Assembly: GCA_963807605.1 (NCBI GenBank)
Contig: CAWECG010000004.1
Coordinates: forward strand, 288,001 to 352,000
Direction: 5' to 3'
From: Candidatus Bathyarchaeota archaeon
Lineage (GTDB): Archaea > Thermoproteota > Bathyarchaeia > 40CM-2-53-6 > RBG-13-38-9
DNA: 64,000 bases
This document shows, in pieces, positions 50,155-61,561 of this stretch; the stretch's first letter is position 1; every line of letters starts with the position of its first letter. Under the pieces are notes generated by a model. That model was not told the origin of the DNA. It saw only the letters and a list, made by a program, of their open reading frames with translations, and made no database searches. Both the position numbers and the translations under genes were made by a program.

Positions 50155-50883
50155 TCAGAATTTTGCAGCCGGCTTACCGATGCCGATGTTGGTCTTCCCG
50201 TTCGGTCGGTAGTAGATTTTGTGGTCGTCAAGGTATCTCATGATTGGAACTGAGCCGTCTAGGTTGACCTTCACACATAATCCAAGGCTGAAGACGGTGT
50301 TTATTTCTTTCGATACCTTCTGAAGGGCTTCAAACACGACTGGAAACTTCTCTTCCTTGATCTTGAATTCAGGAATGCAGGAGTGAACTCTTTCAGTAAG
50401 GACGTCTTCGCGCAGTTTGCCCGTCTTCTTGTCTGACATAAGGAAGGTCAGAGGATTGAGGGGTTCGAACTCCACTCCTGTCTTTGCTAGGACCATGCAG
50501 AGTTTCTCAGCATCCTTCAAGTCCACCCCGACACCGGGGCGCCCCATATCGACTGAAAATCCGACCTCTCCCGGCTTGAATCGTCCTGTTACGTCGTTGG
50601 TCTTCATTTCCTCAGTTCCTCTCCCCGGGACATTTGTCTGCTTGTGTTCTTTGTAGACTGTTGCGAAGACCTCTCTAACAGATCGAGGCCACTCTAGCTC
50701 CTCCAGTTGTATAGCATTGACCGGACAGTTGGCATTATTGAAGCATACGCCACATTCTATGCATTTCTGGCGATCGATGTGTGCCTTCTTGTCTTTGCCA
50801 ATAGCTATCGCTCCGGGAGGACAGAACGGTACGCACTTTGTGCATCCAACACAAATGTCGGTAATCAACAATCTTTCATACAC
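50155..50883 (-). CDS. Ferredoxin-domain protein with uncharacterised C-terminal domain
   Basis: Two N-terminal CxxCxxC..CP motifs, then PGRGTEEMKTNDVTGRF and MGRPGVG. Confidence 0.8.
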   Translation of the reverse strand: MYERLLITDICVGCTKCVPFCPPGAIAIGKDKKAHIDRQKCIECGVCFNNANCPVNAIQLEELEWPRSVREVFATVYKEHKQTNVPGRGTEEMKTNDVTGRFKPGEVGFSVDMGRPGVGVDLKDAEKLCMVLAKTGVEFEPLNPLTFLMSDKKTGKLREDVLTERVHSCIPEFKIKEEKFPVVFEALQKVSKEINTVFSLGLCVKVNLDGSVPIMRYLDDHKIYYRPNGKTNIGIGKPAAKF

Positions 50884-51063
50884 CGCATTAAATCTAGTTA
50901 GTTCGATTGATTTTAGTGAGCTAATATAAACCTAACTAATGCAAATCACTTGAAGTCTTCGAGAGCTTCCACTCTAGCGGTAGACGAGATGAGGATTATA
51001 GATTAGTCTTAATAATCATTTGTGAGCTTAGTAGGCTCAGATTCTCAAAGGTGCAAGCGTAAG

Positions 51064-52077
51064 TTGGCGAAGCCAAAAGTCTACGTAACCCGAGAGATAC
51101 CGCAAGTAGGGATAGACGTCTTAGAGTCTTACTGTGACATCGAAGTAAACCCTGAGGAGGCTCCGCCTACAAAAGAAGAATTGAAGAAGAGAGTCCAGGA
51201 TAAAGATGCGCTGTTATGTTTGGTAACTGATCGCATCGATAAGGAGATAATCACTGTAGGGTCACGACTCAAAGTCATCAGTTCAATGAGCGTCGGTTAC
51301 GAACACATAGACGTCGCAGAGGCCACTAAACGCGGAATCTATGTCACTTTTACACCCGGTGTCCTAACGGATGCCACGGCGGATTTCGCCTGGGCGCTAA
51401 TAATGGCCACAGCTAGACGAGTTGCCGAGGCTGACAAGTACGTTCGTGATGGGAAGTGGAAGATAGCTTGGGCACCCATGATGTTCTTGGGTTCAGAGAT
51501 CTATGGCAAAACCCTCGGAATATTGGGGCTCGGAAGAATCGGTTCGGGTGTAGCTGAGAGATCTAAAGGATTTCACATGAAACTGATATATTATGACACT
51601 ATTAGGGCGCCGACTCAAAGAGAGAAAGAGCTCGGAATTCAGTACATGACACTTGAGGAAGTTCTCAGACAGGCTGATTTCGTGAGTGTTCACGTGTCCT
51701 ACTTGCCAACTACTCATCACCTTATTGGCAAAGAACAAATTAGAATGATGAAGCCAACCGCCCACTTGATAAACACTTCAAGAGGTCCTGTTGTTGATGA
51801 TGAGGCTTTAGCTGTCGCCCTGCGAGAAGGGTGGATCGCGGGAGCTGGGTTAGATGTTTTTGAGGAGGAACCTGTATCTTCAAAAAGTCCACTCTTGGAG
51901 CTTGAGAGTATCGTGCTTGCGCCTCACATCGCAAGCGCCACTCGAGAATCCAGATACGGCATGGCTAGAATCGCAGCAGAAAACCTAATCTCGGTGCTAA
52001 AGGGAGATGCCCCCGGCCACCTTGTCAACCCTGAAGTTATGGCTGTGAAACCACTCTCGCATACGAAGATCCTTTGA
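51064..52077 (+). CDS. gyaR: Glyoxylate/hydroxypyruvate reductase (D-2-hydroxyacid dehydrogenase)
   Basis: Motifs TPGVLTDATAD, GLGRIG, INTSRG, LDVFEEEP and PHIASA. Confidence 0.88.
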   Translation: MAKPKVYVTREIPQVGIDVLESYCDIEVNPEEAPPTKEELKKRVQDKDALLCLVTDRIDKEIITVGSRLKVISSMSVGYEHIDVAEATKRGIYVTFTPGVLTDATADFAWALIMATARRVAEADKYVRDGKWKIAWAPMMFLGSEIYGKTLGILGLGRIGSGVAERSKGFHMKLIYYDTIRAPTQREKELGIQYMTLEEVLRQADFVSVHVSYLPTTHHLIGKEQIRMMKPTAHLINTSRGPVVDDEALAVALREGWIAGAGLDVFEEEPVSSKSPLLELESIVLAPHIASATRESRYGMARIAAENLISVLKGDAPGHLVNPEVMAVKPLSHTKIL

Positions 52078-52097
52078 AGGCAGACATTGGATGAACT

Positions 52098-53480
52098 ATG
52101 TCTCCCATTACTAACAAGGAGGTGCTCCTGCAAAACGCAAGGACACCTGCAGACCGAACAGCGAGAGAGGCTGTTCTGGAAGCGCTCGAAGCAGCTTTAC
52201 TCTCGATCTCTCCTTACCAGTTGATTATTGATCATGTCAAGGTAAAAGACTCTAGAATTGTCATAGACTCCGAGCAATTTGTTTTAGGTCATTTTAAGCG
52301 CGTAATTGTCCTTGGCGGAGGCAAAGCCAGTGGTTCTATGGCGGAGGCTCTTCAGCATCTGCTTAGTAATCACATAACTACAGGATTGATCAACATATTC
52401 TCAGGAACCTCGGCCAGGTATAGAACGAACAAGATAGCCCTGAATGAAGCCGGGCACCCGATCCCTGATGCTCATGGACTGGAAGGGACAAAACGAATGT
52501 TAGAGCTTGCAGAGAGCGCCGATGAAGACGACTTGGTGATTTGCCTGATCTCGGGCGGAGGCTCGGCCATGATGACACTGCCCAGAGAAGGATTGACTCT
52601 GGAAGACAAGCAGATGGTCACGAGATTGTTGCTGCGAAGCGGCGCCGATATCGCCGAGATGAATACTGTCCGAAAACATCTGTCAGAGTTCAAAGGGGGT
52701 TGGCTTGCCAAGAAGGCTCAACCCGCTACTGTTCTCAGCCTCATACTCTCTGATGTTGTTGGCGATCCACTGGATTCGATAGCTTCAGGGCCAACCGCTC
52801 CTGATCCAACAACTTTCCGCGATGCAATAGATATCCTTGAGAAATACAAGCTTTGGAACGAAGTCCCGAGCAAAGTTCGAGATATTCTCAAGATGGGTGA
52901 TGGTGGACTTCTTCCAGAAACACCCAAACCCAACGATCCAGCATTCAATACGGTCCATAACGTTATCATAGGAAGCAATAAAATGGCGTGCCTTGCAGCC
53001 AAAACTAAACTAAGCGAGATGGGATTCAACACGAATCTATTGACCTCGCATCTGCAGGGGGAAGCAAGAGAGGCCGGAATCTTCCTAGCCTCTATTGCAA
53101 GTGAGATTTTGAGTTCGGGAAATCCACTTCCACGCCCAGCAGCAATCGTTGTTGGAGGAGAGACAACGGTTACGGTGAAAGGGAATGGCATAGGCGGACG
53201 CAACCAAGAGCTGGTACTCAGTGCGGCGACCAAGATCAATGGCAAGAAAGGATTGAGCATCGGGGCGATAGGGACTGACGGTATAGACGGACCAACCGAG
53301 GCTGCAGGAGCCATAGTCGACGGTAAGACGTTGATAAGAGGCACAGAAATGGGACTCGACTACAAGAAGGCCCTCAGCAATAACGATTCGCACACCTATC
53401 TTTCAAAACTTCATGATCTTGTAATAACCGGTCCTACAGGCTCAAACGTTAATGACCTTACAATATTATGTGTAACATGA
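52098..53480 (+). CDS. Glycerate 2-kinase (MOFRL/TtuD family)
   Basis: Motifs GKAS, HPIPD, LISGGGSA, SDVVGD, GGETTV, GGRNQE and TDGIDG. Confidence 0.93.
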   Translation: MSPITNKEVLLQNARTPADRTAREAVLEALEAALLSISPYQLIIDHVKVKDSRIVIDSEQFVLGHFKRVIVLGGGKASGSMAEALQHLLSNHITTGLINIFSGTSARYRTNKIALNEAGHPIPDAHGLEGTKRMLELAESADEDDLVICLISGGGSAMMTLPREGLTLEDKQMVTRLLLRSGADIAEMNTVRKHLSEFKGGWLAKKAQPATVLSLILSDVVGDPLDSIASGPTAPDPTTFRDAIDILEKYKLWNEVPSKVRDILKMGDGGLLPETPKPNDPAFNTVHNVIIGSNKMACLAAKTKLSEMGFNTNLLTSHLQGEAREAGIFLASIASEILSSGNPLPRPAAIVVGGETTVTVKGNGIGGRNQELVLSAATKINGKKGLSIGAIGTDGIDGPTEAAGAIVDGKTLIRGTEMGLDYKKALSNNDSHTYLSKLHDLVITGPTGSNVNDLTILCVT

Positions 53481-53489
53481 TGTGAGGTC

Positions 53490-54566
53490 ATGCGCAGTTC
53501 ACGACAAGAGAATGACATATCAGAGCCTGACATTGTCGTTCTGCACGATTTCGTCCTTGACCATTATGTCACATTCAGGCATTCACTGGATGACGTATTC
53601 TCACAATTCGCCCAGGTGGCGAGCCGTGGCGGAGGAAATATTGTCATAAACCAATACCTTTCCAGAGGTGGCAAAGCGTCTAACCTAGCGGCGGCCCTTG
53701 CGCGGCTTGGAGCTCATTCACATCTAATAGCAAGAACCAGCAAATTCGGCCACTCACTCGCTAAGATGTACCTGGAATCTGTTGGTGTGGACATATCCTC
53801 TGTTAGGGAAGACGGAAGATTAGCTCTTACCGTCTCACTAGAGATGAAACAGAAGGAAAGATCCACCAACATAATGCTCAGCGATCCCGGTTCAAATGGA
53901 GATTTTGGATTTTCCAATATTGGGAAGAACGAGCTACGAATATTGAGCAAAGCTGACGCGGTCGTCCTTGCGGATTGGGCGCTGAACTCAAAAGGAACGG
54001 ACTTGGCTAAGGGGATCTTCGACTACGTGGGCAGATCGAAGCCGTTGTACATCGATCCTGGCGATGTGTCGAGAAGAGCCAAAGATGTCAAAGGGCTTCT
54101 CAATGACGTTCTCAGAAAAGGTTATGGAATCCTGAGCCTTAACGAAAGTGAAGCTCTTTACCTAGCAAAATACGGTTTGAAGAGGAGTCCGACAAGGACA
54201 ACAGCCCCACCGGAAATCCTAGGGGTGAAAGCTGCAAAGACCATTTCTTCAGAATTCGGTATCAGAGTTGATCTGCATACTCAATTGTTCTCTGCGACGA
54301 TTAAAGACGATCATTTCGTCGCGGCCCCCACATATCGTGTCAACGTGAGAAGAGTGACTGGAGCGGGAGACGCATGGAATGCTGGAAATGTCTATGCAGA
54401 GCATATGCGCCTCTCCGACAAGAGACGTCTTGAATTCGCGAACGCCCTAGCCGCTTACTACATATCAAGCTCAACGGCGGAGCATCCAACTAGACAAGAT
54501 GTGAAGAGAATAATCAGTGCCTGGAGAGGCCGGAAAAGAAGCCTGGCACAACTGACCCTGAACTAG
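53490..54566 (+). CDS. PfkB/ribokinase family carbohydrate kinase
   Basis: Motifs GGKASN, DPG, NESE and TGAGDAWNAG. Confidence 0.88.
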   Translation: MRSSRQENDISEPDIVVLHDFVLDHYVTFRHSLDDVFSQFAQVASRGGGNIVINQYLSRGGKASNLAAALARLGAHSHLIARTSKFGHSLAKMYLESVGVDISSVREDGRLALTVSLEMKQKERSTNIMLSDPGSNGDFGFSNIGKNELRILSKADAVVLADWALNSKGTDLAKGIFDYVGRSKPLYIDPGDVSRRAKDVKGLLNDVLRKGYGILSLNESEALYLAKYGLKRSPTRTTAPPEILGVKAAKTISSEFGIRVDLHTQLFSATIKDDHFVAAPTYRVNVRRVTGAGDAWNAGNVYAEHMRLSDKRRLEFANALAAYYISSSTAEHPTRQDVKRIISAWRGRKRSLAQLTLN

Positions 54567-54617
54567 ACCTTAGAGGCTTGACTTCAAAGCTACTACGAGT
54601 TATTGATTCACGTTGTC

Positions 54618-55656
<1,039 letters not shown>

Positions 55657-55684
55657 TCAGACCAGTATGCTTAGTCGTAATGGT

Positions 55685-56800
55685 CTATTCTGCCTTTTGG
55701 AACCTATCCTTCAGTTTATCCAAGACCCCCGTGAGAGTGGTGTATTCCATCTCCTCGGGGCCGAGCCTATGTGGGACGAAAGGCCCGTGTAGTCTCAAGA
55801 AATCAGCCAAATCGTTAGCTTTAGCTCGAGCGTTGTCAAACGCGGGGTCATTGAAAAGATCTGCAGGACCGATCAGGGTAGCGTTGGATACTTGAAAGCC
55901 TAGGGCAACGACTCTTGGTGGCCCATCGAACCTCGTGCATTTGTTCTGCGTTTCTGCGACGCTCACTGGCATCAGGGGACCGTTATGTGACCCGCGCATC
56001 CAACCTGAAACTAGGTGCGGGGTTGCGAACGGTTCTATGACTTCTCCAACCGCTGGAAGCCCATTTTGAGCTCTCACTATGCAGACAGGGTCGTCCTTTC
56101 CAACGTATCTTCCAGCGATCAATGACAGCTTTGTCGTACTCGCAGCGGCTGCAGGGAGTCCATCATGACGTAGGATCTTGGAAATTACGTACCTGTTGGT
56201 ATCGCCGATCAGGGCCAAGAGGTCGTAAATCTCTTCAGGACACTTCAACTTTACAGACAAACCTTCGTGAACATCCAAGATTTCGAAAACAAATCCTTTG
56301 TGAAGCGCGGGATCAATTATCAGTCCGGCTGTGTTGAAAGGGTCTGCAAATATCTTATAGAGTGGTAAATTCCAAGCGCCGGGTGCAGTCTTGTCAGCGA
56401 GGAAGATCACTACCGGGTCGCTGATCCTTTCTTCAAACTCCAATTCGGCAACCCCTGGCCCCATGCCCTTTACGTTGCCGGAAAACGCATCCGAAAGGAG
56501 GTCCTGTCCTGCAGCATAGAGTTTGAGTGGCTTGGAGACTTTCTCAGTAACTTCCTTGAACGTGTTCCAGGCCAATTCGTGTATTTTCTTATTGTTTTCG
56601 CCATTGCGGTGGGTCATTATGAGCTCCAAATCGTCTCCACAATGAGTAACATGAAAATCCACTATCAAGGCCTCTTTGCGTGCTCGTTCAAGATTCTGCC
56701 TGGCGAAATCCAACTGTTTAGGATGGACTATGTGATGTCCAACCAGCGAGCCAACATCGGCCTTGATTACGGATACCGTTGTCGTATTCTTCGAAGCCAC
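55685..56800 (-). CDS. fbp: Bifunctional fructose-1,6-bisphosphate aldolase/phosphatase
   Basis: Motifs SVIKADVG, GDD, YAAGQDLL, YVGKDDP and GWMRGSH. Confidence 0.95.
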   Translation of the reverse strand: MASKNTTTVSVIKADVGSLVGHHIVHPKQLDFARQNLERARKEALIVDFHVTHCGDDLELIMTHRNGENNKKIHELAWNTFKEVTEKVSKPLKLYAAGQDLLSDAFSGNVKGMGPGVAELEFEERISDPVVIFLADKTAPGAWNLPLYKIFADPFNTAGLIIDPALHKGFVFEILDVHEGLSVKLKCPEEIYDLLALIGDTNRYVISKILRHDGLPAAAASTTKLSLIAGRYVGKDDPVCIVRAQNGLPAVGEVIEPFATPHLVSGWMRGSHNGPLMPVSVAETQNKCTRFDGPPRVVALGFQVSNATLIGPADLFNDPAFDNARAKANDLADFLRLHGPFVPHRLGPEEMEYTTLTGVLDKLKDRFQKAE

Positions 56801-57013
56801 TGCTTAAACCCTCAATTGTTTCAGATTCTATGCTTTAAGAGTCTGATGTAGATTATTTCCGAGCTTCTTAACCTTTTGACGTAATATCCTCAGTCAATCT
56901 TATTTGGCAGTATGTAATATTATGTCAAACCCTGTAGTACCGTCGATATTCGTTCTTATCGAGGTTAGGAATCTGGACAGATACAACCAGTTATCGTTGA
57001 ACAGTGATAATTA

Positions 57014-57706
57014 ATGTCGGCCAAGACGAAGGTAACCTTTCCCCTTATCTTAGTAAACCTCAAGTCATACTTGGAATCATCTGGACGCAAGGCAGTAGAG
57101 CTAGCCAAAGTCGCTGAAACGGTAACAGAAGATACTGGTGTATGTATCGGATTAGCCCCGCAGTTTGTAGACATCCGTTTGATTTCCAAGTTCAAGATAC
57201 CCGTCTTCTCTCAACATATTGATCCGATCCTTCCAGGACCCTTTACCGGGCATGTCCTTCCAGAATCGGTTGCAGATGCTGGTGCCGTTGGTGCCATCGT
57301 GAACCATTCCGAACGACGGCTTGAACTTTCAGATCTGGAGGCTGTCCTCGAAAGGGCGAAGTCGGTCAGATTGATCTCTGTCGTCTGTGCAAATTCTCGT
57401 AAGGTCGGGATGGCTGCAGCCTTACTAGCCCCTGAGATCATTGCCATCGAGCCGCCTGAACTGATAGGGACGGGAATAGCCGTGTCCAAGGCGAAGCCTG
57501 AGATTGTTAGCGATTCTGTTGAATCGATAAGAAAAGTAAACCAGCATGCGGTGGTGCTCTGTGGCGCTGGCATATCCTCCGGAGAGGATGTTTCTGCTGC
57601 AATAAGACTAGGCAGCAGAGGGGTTCTTGTGGCAAGCGGGGTCGTCAGGGCATCTAAATGGGAGAAAGTCCTTCTCGAACTTGCCGAAGCCTCCGTCAGA
57701 GTCTAA
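57014..57706 (+). CDS. tpiA: Triosephosphate isomerase (archaeal type)
   Basis: Motifs VNLKSY, NHSE, EPPELIG, GAGIS and LVASG. Confidence 0.95.
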   Translation: MSAKTKVTFPLILVNLKSYLESSGRKAVELAKVAETVTEDTGVCIGLAPQFVDIRLISKFKIPVFSQHIDPILPGPFTGHVLPESVADAGAVGAIVNHSERRLELSDLEAVLERAKSVRLISVVCANSRKVGMAAALLAPEIIAIEPPELIGTGIAVSKAKPEIVSDSVESIRKVNQHAVVLCGAGISSGEDVSAAIRLGSRGVLVASGVVRASKWEKVLLELAEASVRV

Positions 57707-57723
57707 GGAAGTGTACTGGGTTT

Positions 57724-58632
57724 TTGAAGATACGGTTTGAATGCGCAAGCTGTCTGATAAACAGGGCATCTGTTGAAGCGGCGAAGGCTTCTACAGATCC
57801 CGCTATACGGCTCAAAACGCTTCTGGAAACTCTTAGCGCAATCGGTTGCAACGTCAGCTCTAACGTCTCCCCGGCATACCTCGGCACTATCCGAGACAGA
57901 ACAATAAAGAGGGTCTCGCAGAATCCTGACCCCTTCAGGACCGACAAGATTGCAAGTAATGAGAAGGGGCTCAAGTTCATCCCCCAGGCCAAGAACTATG
58001 TTTTCGAAGCGTCGGATGAATCGGCCAAATTCAGAAGGGCTTGTCTAGTCTCGATAGTCGGAAATGCGTTCGAATTCGGCATCAAAGGATATGACTTCAA
58101 GTATGATGATCTTCCACACTGGATCGAAACAGCCGAAAATGATGTCGCGATAGATCACATAGATCGGATTGAGTCAATAGCCAAGACTGCAAAAAAAGTC
58201 CTCCTGCTAACGGATAATGCTGGAGAGATAGCCTTTGACAAGCTGCTCGTGGAACAGCTCCGACAAATGGGTTCCTTTGTGACAGTTGCCGTGAAAGCTT
58301 CACCGATAAGCAATGACGCCACGATGGATGACGCCGTCATGGTCGGCATGACGGAATTAGCTGACGAGGTGATCACAACGGGTACCGATACTGTAGGTTT
58401 ACTCTTGGAAGAATGCGATAGCCAATTCCTTGCGAAATACGCCGAGTCTGAATTGATAATTGCCAAAGGCATGGCGCACTATGAGACGCTCTTCGAACAC
58501 AAGTTGGCTCAACCTCATGCTTTGCTGTTCAGAGTAAAATGCCCATCGATAGCCGAAGATCTAGGTGTGAAGCTGGGTAAGAACGTTGCCTATTTAGTTG
58601 AACCAACAAACCCTCGAAACTCAAAACTGTGA
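57724..58632 (+). CDS. DUF89/ARMT1-like damage-control phosphatase
   Basis: Motifs ECASC, DPF, GN, DNAGEI, ND and AKGMAHYE. Confidence 0.88.
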   Translation: MKIRFECASCLINRASVEAAKASTDPAIRLKTLLETLSAIGCNVSSNVSPAYLGTIRDRTIKRVSQNPDPFRTDKIASNEKGLKFIPQAKNYVFEASDESAKFRRACLVSIVGNAFEFGIKGYDFKYDDLPHWIETAENDVAIDHIDRIESIAKTAKKVLLLTDNAGEIAFDKLLVEQLRQMGSFVTVAVKASPISNDATMDDAVMVGMTELADEVITTGTDTVGLLLEECDSQFLAKYAESELIIAKGMAHYETLFEHKLAQPHALLFRVKCPSIAEDLGVKLGKNVAYLVEPTNPRNSKL

Positions 58633-58697
58633 AATGCGAACTCAGGGTAGAAGATTAATAAGAAACTGAGCAAACATCAGATAAGAGAGTGTACAAG

Positions 58698-59012
58698 ATG
58701 GCGCTTGTCGGCCCGTGGGAGGTCGCTCTGGTCCTGGCGATAGTTCTCATACTATTCGGTCCAAAGAAGTTGCCGGAACTCGCAAAATCCCTCGGCGATG
58801 CTATAAAGCAGTACCGTCAAGCCTCCGAAGGTGTGCTCCCAAGTGCTGTTCCTCAGCCAACTCAATCGGTGCCACCGGTCCAGTATAAAGCAAGAGAGAC
58901 AGACTTGTTGATCGAGACAGCAAAGAAGCTTGGTATACAGACCGAAGGCAAGACGATGGATCAGATATCCAAAGAAATTACGGAACTTGCATCGTCTAAG
59001 AAGGCAAGCTGA
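58698..59012 (+). CDS. tatA: Twin-arginine translocase TatA/E subunit
   Basis: GPWE-TM-LFGPKKLPELAKSLG. Confidence 0.92.
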   Translation: MALVGPWEVALVLAIVLILFGPKKLPELAKSLGDAIKQYRQASEGVLPSAVPQPTQSVPPVQYKARETDLLIETAKKLGIQTEGKTMDQISKEITELASSKKAS

Positions 59013-59055
59013 GACTCCTAAAGCCATTAGTGATATTCTCTGGAATCAAGGATCT

Positions 59056-59685
59056 ATGGTAGGAGCAATTGTTCTAGCCGGTGGCTTAAGCTCCAGATAT
59101 GGTAAGAACAAAGCGCTAATTGAGCTGAAGGGAAAGCCACTAGTCAGATACGTCGTTGATGCTTGCCAGACTGTAGCTAGAAGAATAATCATTGTCATTG
59201 GCAAAGATAATGACCCACAATCCTACATGTGCGTCCTACCTCCAAATGTTGAGTTAATTAGCGAACGAGAGCGACGTAATAATCCGCTCAATGGGATAGC
59301 AGCCGGCATCGAAGAACTGGATACAACTTACACTCTTGTTCTAGCGTGCGATATGCCGTTTATCAAGAGCAAGATACTGGAGTTGCTTTTGGCGAGAGCA
59401 ACTGGCTTTGACGCGACAGTGCCGATATGGCCAAATGGATACCTAGAGCCTCTTCACTCAGTTTACAGTGTAGAAGCCATTAGGCGCGTGTTGCCATCAA
59501 TCCTTCAAAACAAGAACTCAAGAGTATCAGATTTGATACACTCATTTGACACTAGATACGTTGAAACAGAAGAGATTAGAAAGTATGATCCTCATTTGAC
59601 GTGCTTCTTCAACGTAAACGACTTCGAAGGCCTCAAGATCGCTCAGAGCATGCTGGAATTCCTGACAACATCAATAAGAATATAG
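59056..59685 (+). CDS. mobA: Molybdenum cofactor guanylyltransferase
   Basis: Motifs LAGGLSSRYG.NKA, ACDMPF, EPLH and FFNVN. Confidence 0.9.
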   Translation: MVGAIVLAGGLSSRYGKNKALIELKGKPLVRYVVDACQTVARRIIIVIGKDNDPQSYMCVLPPNVELISERERRNNPLNGIAAGIEELDTTYTLVLACDMPFIKSKILELLLARATGFDATVPIWPNGYLEPLHSVYSVEAIRRVLPSILQNKNSRVSDLIHSFDTRYVETEEIRKYDPHLTCFFNVNDFEGLKIAQSMLEFLTTSIRI

Positions 59686-59988
59686 GAGATTCTCACCTCC
59701 AAAAGAAATACAAAAAATCTGGGGGCCTATCCATCGCTACTGATAGAGAAAAGGATGGGTTCTGGGAACATTTGGATGAGTCGCTTAGTCAACAGAGTGA
59801 TTATTAACACCGTTTTGGATAGTGCACGCTTGATGGTTTCTGGCCCGTAGTTAGCGCGACCTGTACACCAATAACCGCTATAATACAGTGATACCATTCA
59901 TAGTGATTGTTGAGGGTGCTGTGTTGGCCGCAAAGGAAATTGAAAGAACCAGGGCGGAAGCGCCAAGGTAAGCCAAGTCTTTCTAAAG

Positions 59989-61518
59989 GTGCACACCGAC
60001 TTGACCGATTCTGCAGTAAGGATGGTTCGCGGTGCATCCTTTCTAGTCTTCGACACCTCCTTCAGCGCCATGATTGGCATAGTAGCTTTTGCTCTAATTA
60101 GCCGACTAATTACCAAGATCGATATGGGCGTAATGACTGTCCTTCTCATGTTGACGAGCACATGCCAGCTGGTTTCTACCCTTGGTTTACCGAGTGCATC
60201 AACAAAGTTCATCGCTGAATCCTTGGGACGAGAGGATACGAATACCGCCTCCGCTGTTACATCTCAGATCTTGAAGGTCAACTTTGCGACAGCTGCTTTC
60301 ATGTCCGTGTTATGCTTTGGCCTCTCAGAAGCCCTATCAAAATTACTCCTCGGCACTACTCAATACAGACTCATCTTCCAAGTCTTAGCTGTGAATATTT
60401 TTTTCACAAGTCTTCTTCTTGGGCTCACTGGAATGCTGCTAGGCCTAAAGCGTCTAAGAGCTCTTGCGGTCTTCGATTGCACCAGTTTTTTACTCCAGCA
60501 AGCCTTGGTGGTGGCGCTTCTGCTCTCACGCATGGGCCTGCTCGGAGTGGTCATTGGATGGACAATTGCGAACATGTTTAACTGTGCAGTCTACCTCTGG
60601 GTCATAGCGCAGTCTGTGCACCTTTCAATTGCGGGTCGATTCGACCTGAAGGCGCTTTTGAAATACTCCTGGCCCCTTTACCCGGTGGCCTTTGTGAGTC
60701 TGATCGATAACTGGTTTGATAGAGTGCTCCTATTAGGTTACCCTCTAAGCGACCTAGGCGCATACAACGTAGCGTTCAAGGCCTTCGGCTACGCATATGC
60801 TGTACCAATCGCGATAGCCGACGGTTTCTTTCCACACTTTTCGGAGCTGACCAGTCGAGAAGGTCTTGACAGACTATCCACAACGTTGACCTCAACATCG
60901 AGGTACCTCGTGTTAGTGGCTACTCCCATTGCGCTCGAACTGGCGACGATGGCAACTCCCCTGATATCTCTATTTGCAGGGAAGATCTACGCTTCTGCCG
61001 GTCAGTATTTGACAGTCCTGTGCATCGCCGCCGCGATATCAGTCTTCGGGCTTATGCTTGGAAAGGTCTTGCTCGTTCTTAATGAAACAAGACTCTACGC
61101 AATAATAGTTCTAAGCACAGTCCTCATTGGCTTGGGACTTGGCAAGGCACTTGTCCCCTTTTTCGGTCCATTGGGAGCTTCCTTTGCAAGAGCTACCGCA
61201 ATGATTCTGACTCTGATATTCATGGTGGGTGCTACAAGGAGAAAACTGCGTTTAAGAATAGACACTCAAGCACTATGGAAAAGCTGGCTAGCTGGACTAA
61301 TTATGGCGGGTGTCTTGATCGTAGTTCAGTTGATTGCAAAGAGCGCCGTGTTGATCCCCATTTATGTCGTATTGGGAATGCTGGTTTACATGCTTTCGCT
61401 CAGGATGCTGCGTGCTGTCGTTGACAGAGACCTTGAGTTCTTGAAGCGTTTTCTCGGAAACAGAATTGGCAGTCCGGTTAGCAGGTTATTGAAGGCAGTG
61501 TTAATACCGCGGAACTGA
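59989..61518 (+). CDS. Oligosaccharide flippase (MOP/Wzx-like)
   Basis: About 14 TMs; LLKYSWPL, FDRVLLL and LGAYNVA. Confidence 0.85.
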   Translation: MHTDLTDSAVRMVRGASFLVFDTSFSAMIGIVAFALISRLITKIDMGVMTVLLMLTSTCQLVSTLGLPSASTKFIAESLGREDTNTASAVTSQILKVNFATAAFMSVLCFGLSEALSKLLLGTTQYRLIFQVLAVNIFFTSLLLGLTGMLLGLKRLRALAVFDCTSFLLQQALVVALLLSRMGLLGVVIGWTIANMFNCAVYLWVIAQSVHLSIAGRFDLKALLKYSWPLYPVAFVSLIDNWFDRVLLLGYPLSDLGAYNVAFKAFGYAYAVPIAIADGFFPHFSELTSREGLDRLSTTLTSTSRYLVLVATPIALELATMATPLISLFAGKIYASAGQYLTVLCIAAAISVFGLMLGKVLLVLNETRLYAIIVLSTVLIGLGLGKALVPFFGPLGASFARATAMILTLIFMVGATRRKLRLRIDTQALWKSWLAGLIMAGVLIVVQLIAKSAVLIPIYVVLGMLVYMLSLRMLRAVVDRDLEFLKRFLGNRIGSPVSRLLKAVLIPRN

Positions 61519-61561
61519 GCCTGTTATCCGTTGAACTGGCGCTGAGAGGCTTAGTGAACTC

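Noticed and set aside
56903-56930. dif-like arm TTATGTCAAAC
   Set aside because: The left arm and 6-bp spacer do not give a proper 11-6-11 Xer site; retained only as a possible operator.
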